From positions 19,468,001 to 19,532,000 of the forward strand of contig CM120641.1 of assembly GCA_051362555.1 (NCBI GenBank): a DNA stretch of 64,000 nt. The letters are read 5' to 3'. This stretch comes from Lingula anatina. Lineage: Eukaryota > Animalia > Brachiopoda. A program made the position numbers and the translations under genes. This document shows positions 61,254 to 64,000 of this stretch, piece after piece. How positions within the stretch are numbered: position 1 is the first letter of the stretch; each line of letters starts with the position of its first letter. The notes below the pieces were generated by a model, which did not search any database, was not told the DNA's origin, and saw nothing but the letters and a program-made list of their open reading frames with translations.

Positions 61254-63904
61254 ACTGTGTTTATGACCAATTTGTTTTGGAAGATTCACAGTTTGAGATA
61301 AAACAATAATTGTTATTACAATAAGGACAAAAAGTTTTCAAATTTTCATGAAAGTTTGTTGTTTTTAACCAAAGCAGTATATGGCAGATCTAAAAATGGC
61401 ATAAATTTTGTGCAAAGGTTACTGGGTAGGAGTTCTTTTGAAAACCCAACTCAGATGGAGAGGCAGTTGATATATATTATATTGATAATGATGAAGCATC
61501 GTTAGAGAGACTTTAACCTTTCGAGTGGAGAAAGAAATGTTCTTACTCTTGGGTACATGGATTGAAGTCTTGTAAAATGGAGAGCTGCTTGCATTGATTG
61601 CTCGTGAATTGACTTTTATCTGCAAGATTGATGTAATTCAGTGACTTTCAGTTCGTGTTTTTGTTTTATTTTCTAATCTTAGCTCAAGAAATCAAATGAA
61701 ACCACTGATAGTACATTGTCCTTCGTCTGACTCATTCGTTTGATTCTGTAGAAGCTTACATTTTCAGGTCTCCCAGCAAGGAAATGAAAGGCATTTACAA
61801 ACAGATTTGTATTCTGTTGTTTTATATTAGCTAGAGCCCCTCATCCGCCTACGAAAAAAGACATAAAAGCCATGCAAGAATAACGACATATTGTCTTGGT
61901 TTTTCTTGGATGCATTGGAAACTTTGCATCTTTTATTACCATGAGGGAGCTCTTCTCCTCGAGCTACTTTTTTCATGACTGCAATTATGCAGGGACATGT
62001 CTGTACCCTATGGGACTTTTTTTTTGTACCTGGCCCTCCATTCAAGTTGTTTGTGACTGATTCAGCTCTGCCAGGCTTGAATACATTTGTATGGTAGGTG
62101 CTTCAGAACTGTGAGCCCACCCAGGAATCTTTTAATTCACGTCACTGGAAGTAACATTATCCCTTCACTGCTGATAAGACATGGTCAAAAAAGGCAACAG
62201 AGGAGATAGCAATAACTTCTGTTGTGCTCCTCTCTTTGTTTTGACCGGGCAATATCTTTGCTGCCAGTCATACTTTGATAATTGGATGAAAATGTGTTGT
62301 TTTTTCTTCCTCCGTTATTACTCCTGGTTGTCTTGTATAAAACATGTTTTCTATTTTTACAGCTTGGTGTTTTCACCAAGACAAATAGTTTGGAACCTCA
62401 GAACATCGGGTTGCATGGAGATAAGATGATGGCATGTTGTTGTGGTTATGGATTTTAGACATAATCATTTTTATAGAGTTGGAGCCAAAAAAGAGAAAGT
62501 CATTTTAAATCCTATATTGTTATACATCATCAGACTCTTTTTGTACAGGTTACTCATGTTTTGATTCGACACTTTGGTCTACAGTCAAATAGTTTAATTA
62601 GTTTAATTTACTAGAGCCATATTTATAGTAATTTTTTCTGTGAAAGGCAACATTCAGTTTCATTTTCTTTGCACTGTTACTGTATAAACCTCAATCTAAA
62701 ATCTTTTTTTTTTTGTAAGCAAATTTTATGGGGAAAATGTGACCGTAAAGATGTTATTTTCATGACAAGAACAGCATATCTCACCCCTTGGACATTGCCT
62801 ATCATATCAATTTCACTTCCTACAAGAAATCCAATAGAAAGGCTCACAATCATGAGTCACACAGCCCATAGAAAATAATCCATTAAACTGTGATATGTCA
62901 CATGCTGGCTTTGCTTTTAGGGAAAGTCACAGAGAAAAGTTTGATGTCTTTACTATTGAGTACTCCTGCTGTGTCTCTTGGTTGTCCATTGGCTCAATGT
63001 ATCACATTCATGTAGTAGTAAACAGTGGGGGGCTCTCTGGCTGTATTGATGGCTATCACACAGCATATTCAGTGCCCTAGAGTCCTTGTTCAAGCTTCAT
63101 GGGACTTTTTGTGTTAAATGTGATTTTGTCTCTCTTTGCAGTGAATTTAATTTTGTAGCTTGTGTTCTCTGTTATACTGCCTCACTCTGTATAGCAGGAT
63201 ATTACAAGGGTTTTTATCACAATTGTTTGTGCTATTAATTGTGTTATTGTTGTGTAACATTGCTATTTATTATGCACGGCTGTCACCTTGATTGTTTAAT
63301 GAATCTTAAAACTACAGGAAATGACTCAATAATGTCACACTTGTGTTAATGCAAGAAAATTCAAATTGGGTTAGTATTTTCAACAAATATAATAGCCATA
63401 TGTACACCTTGGAGGTTGTAATATGTAGAGAAATTTTCCCTATAGTCTAGTACTTAACATTGTATTAATGAAACCAGTCATAGCCAGAAGAAATAGATTC
63501 CATAGTGTGGTTATACAAGGGTTGTCAGAGTTAGCATTATATTGTCACCCTGAAAGAACTATGTAATTGCATGTAATAGGAAGGAAATTGTCAAATTGTA
63601 TTCAGAAAGAATACAGGGAATACATGTGTATGTACTTCATATCACTGTCTGTTAGACATGTAAAAACACTCAGTCTCGTCAAAGTGGGTGAGCAGCTATA
63701 ATGATTATGTCAGTCCCATAAGATATAAATTGTAATAAAATGACGCATAGTAATGTAATGTTACAGTCCCACAACTTCCTGTTTTTTTTTTTAAGTTTTC
63801 AGTTATCTCCAAGACAATTTTGTTATGTGAAGTTAACTGTACACTGTGTACAGACTCAACTGAAATTGGACCAGTGAAAAATACTCAGTTGCCAAATTAT
63901 TTTT

Positions 63905-63908
<4 letters not shown>

Positions 63909-63950
<42 letters not shown>
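63909..63950. repeat. (CA)n microsatellite
   Basis: Directly visible. Confidence 0.95.
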
Positions 63951-63951
<1 letters not shown>

Positions 63952-64000
63952 TTAGTTTAGATACATATTTAGTGAATGAAGATTGATATTCAGCATACAT

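Noticed and set aside
61400-63100. Cluster of short ORFs in the last kindlin intron (possible nested gene or decayed TE)
   Set aside because: No consistent frame, splice structure or recognisable motif.

Overview
AT-rich, intron-rich animal genomic DNA, probably a marine invertebrate such as a mollusc or other lophotrochozoan (inferred from gene content and repeat types). I built six spliced protein-coding genes by hand and checked each for reading frame: (1) a peroxisomal acyl-CoA thioesterase/ACNAT-family gene (+, 705-4691, ends in PTS1 SRL); (2) a solitary intron-containing histone H1 (-, 7083-7800); (3) a divergent FAM20C-like Golgi kinase (-, 10332-19329); (4) DHTKD1 (-, 23068-32542, 23 exons, one obligatory and one probable GC-AG intron); (5) TTC8/BBS8 (+, 32859-38109), head-to-head with DHTKD1; (6) the 5' part of kindlin/FERMT (+, 39666 to beyond the window end). 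Introns hold several MITE-like inverted-repeat elements (two with clear target-site duplications), long hairpins and microsatellites. CpG content is mosaic, consistent with invertebrate gene-body methylation. I saw no CRISPR array, rRNA, tRNA or autonomous transposon, and I cannot support a wholly new biological system. The best leads are the atypical H1, the altered FAM20C motifs, possible dual targeting of the thioesterase, a duplicated kindlin splice donor and a perfect intronic RFX X-box.
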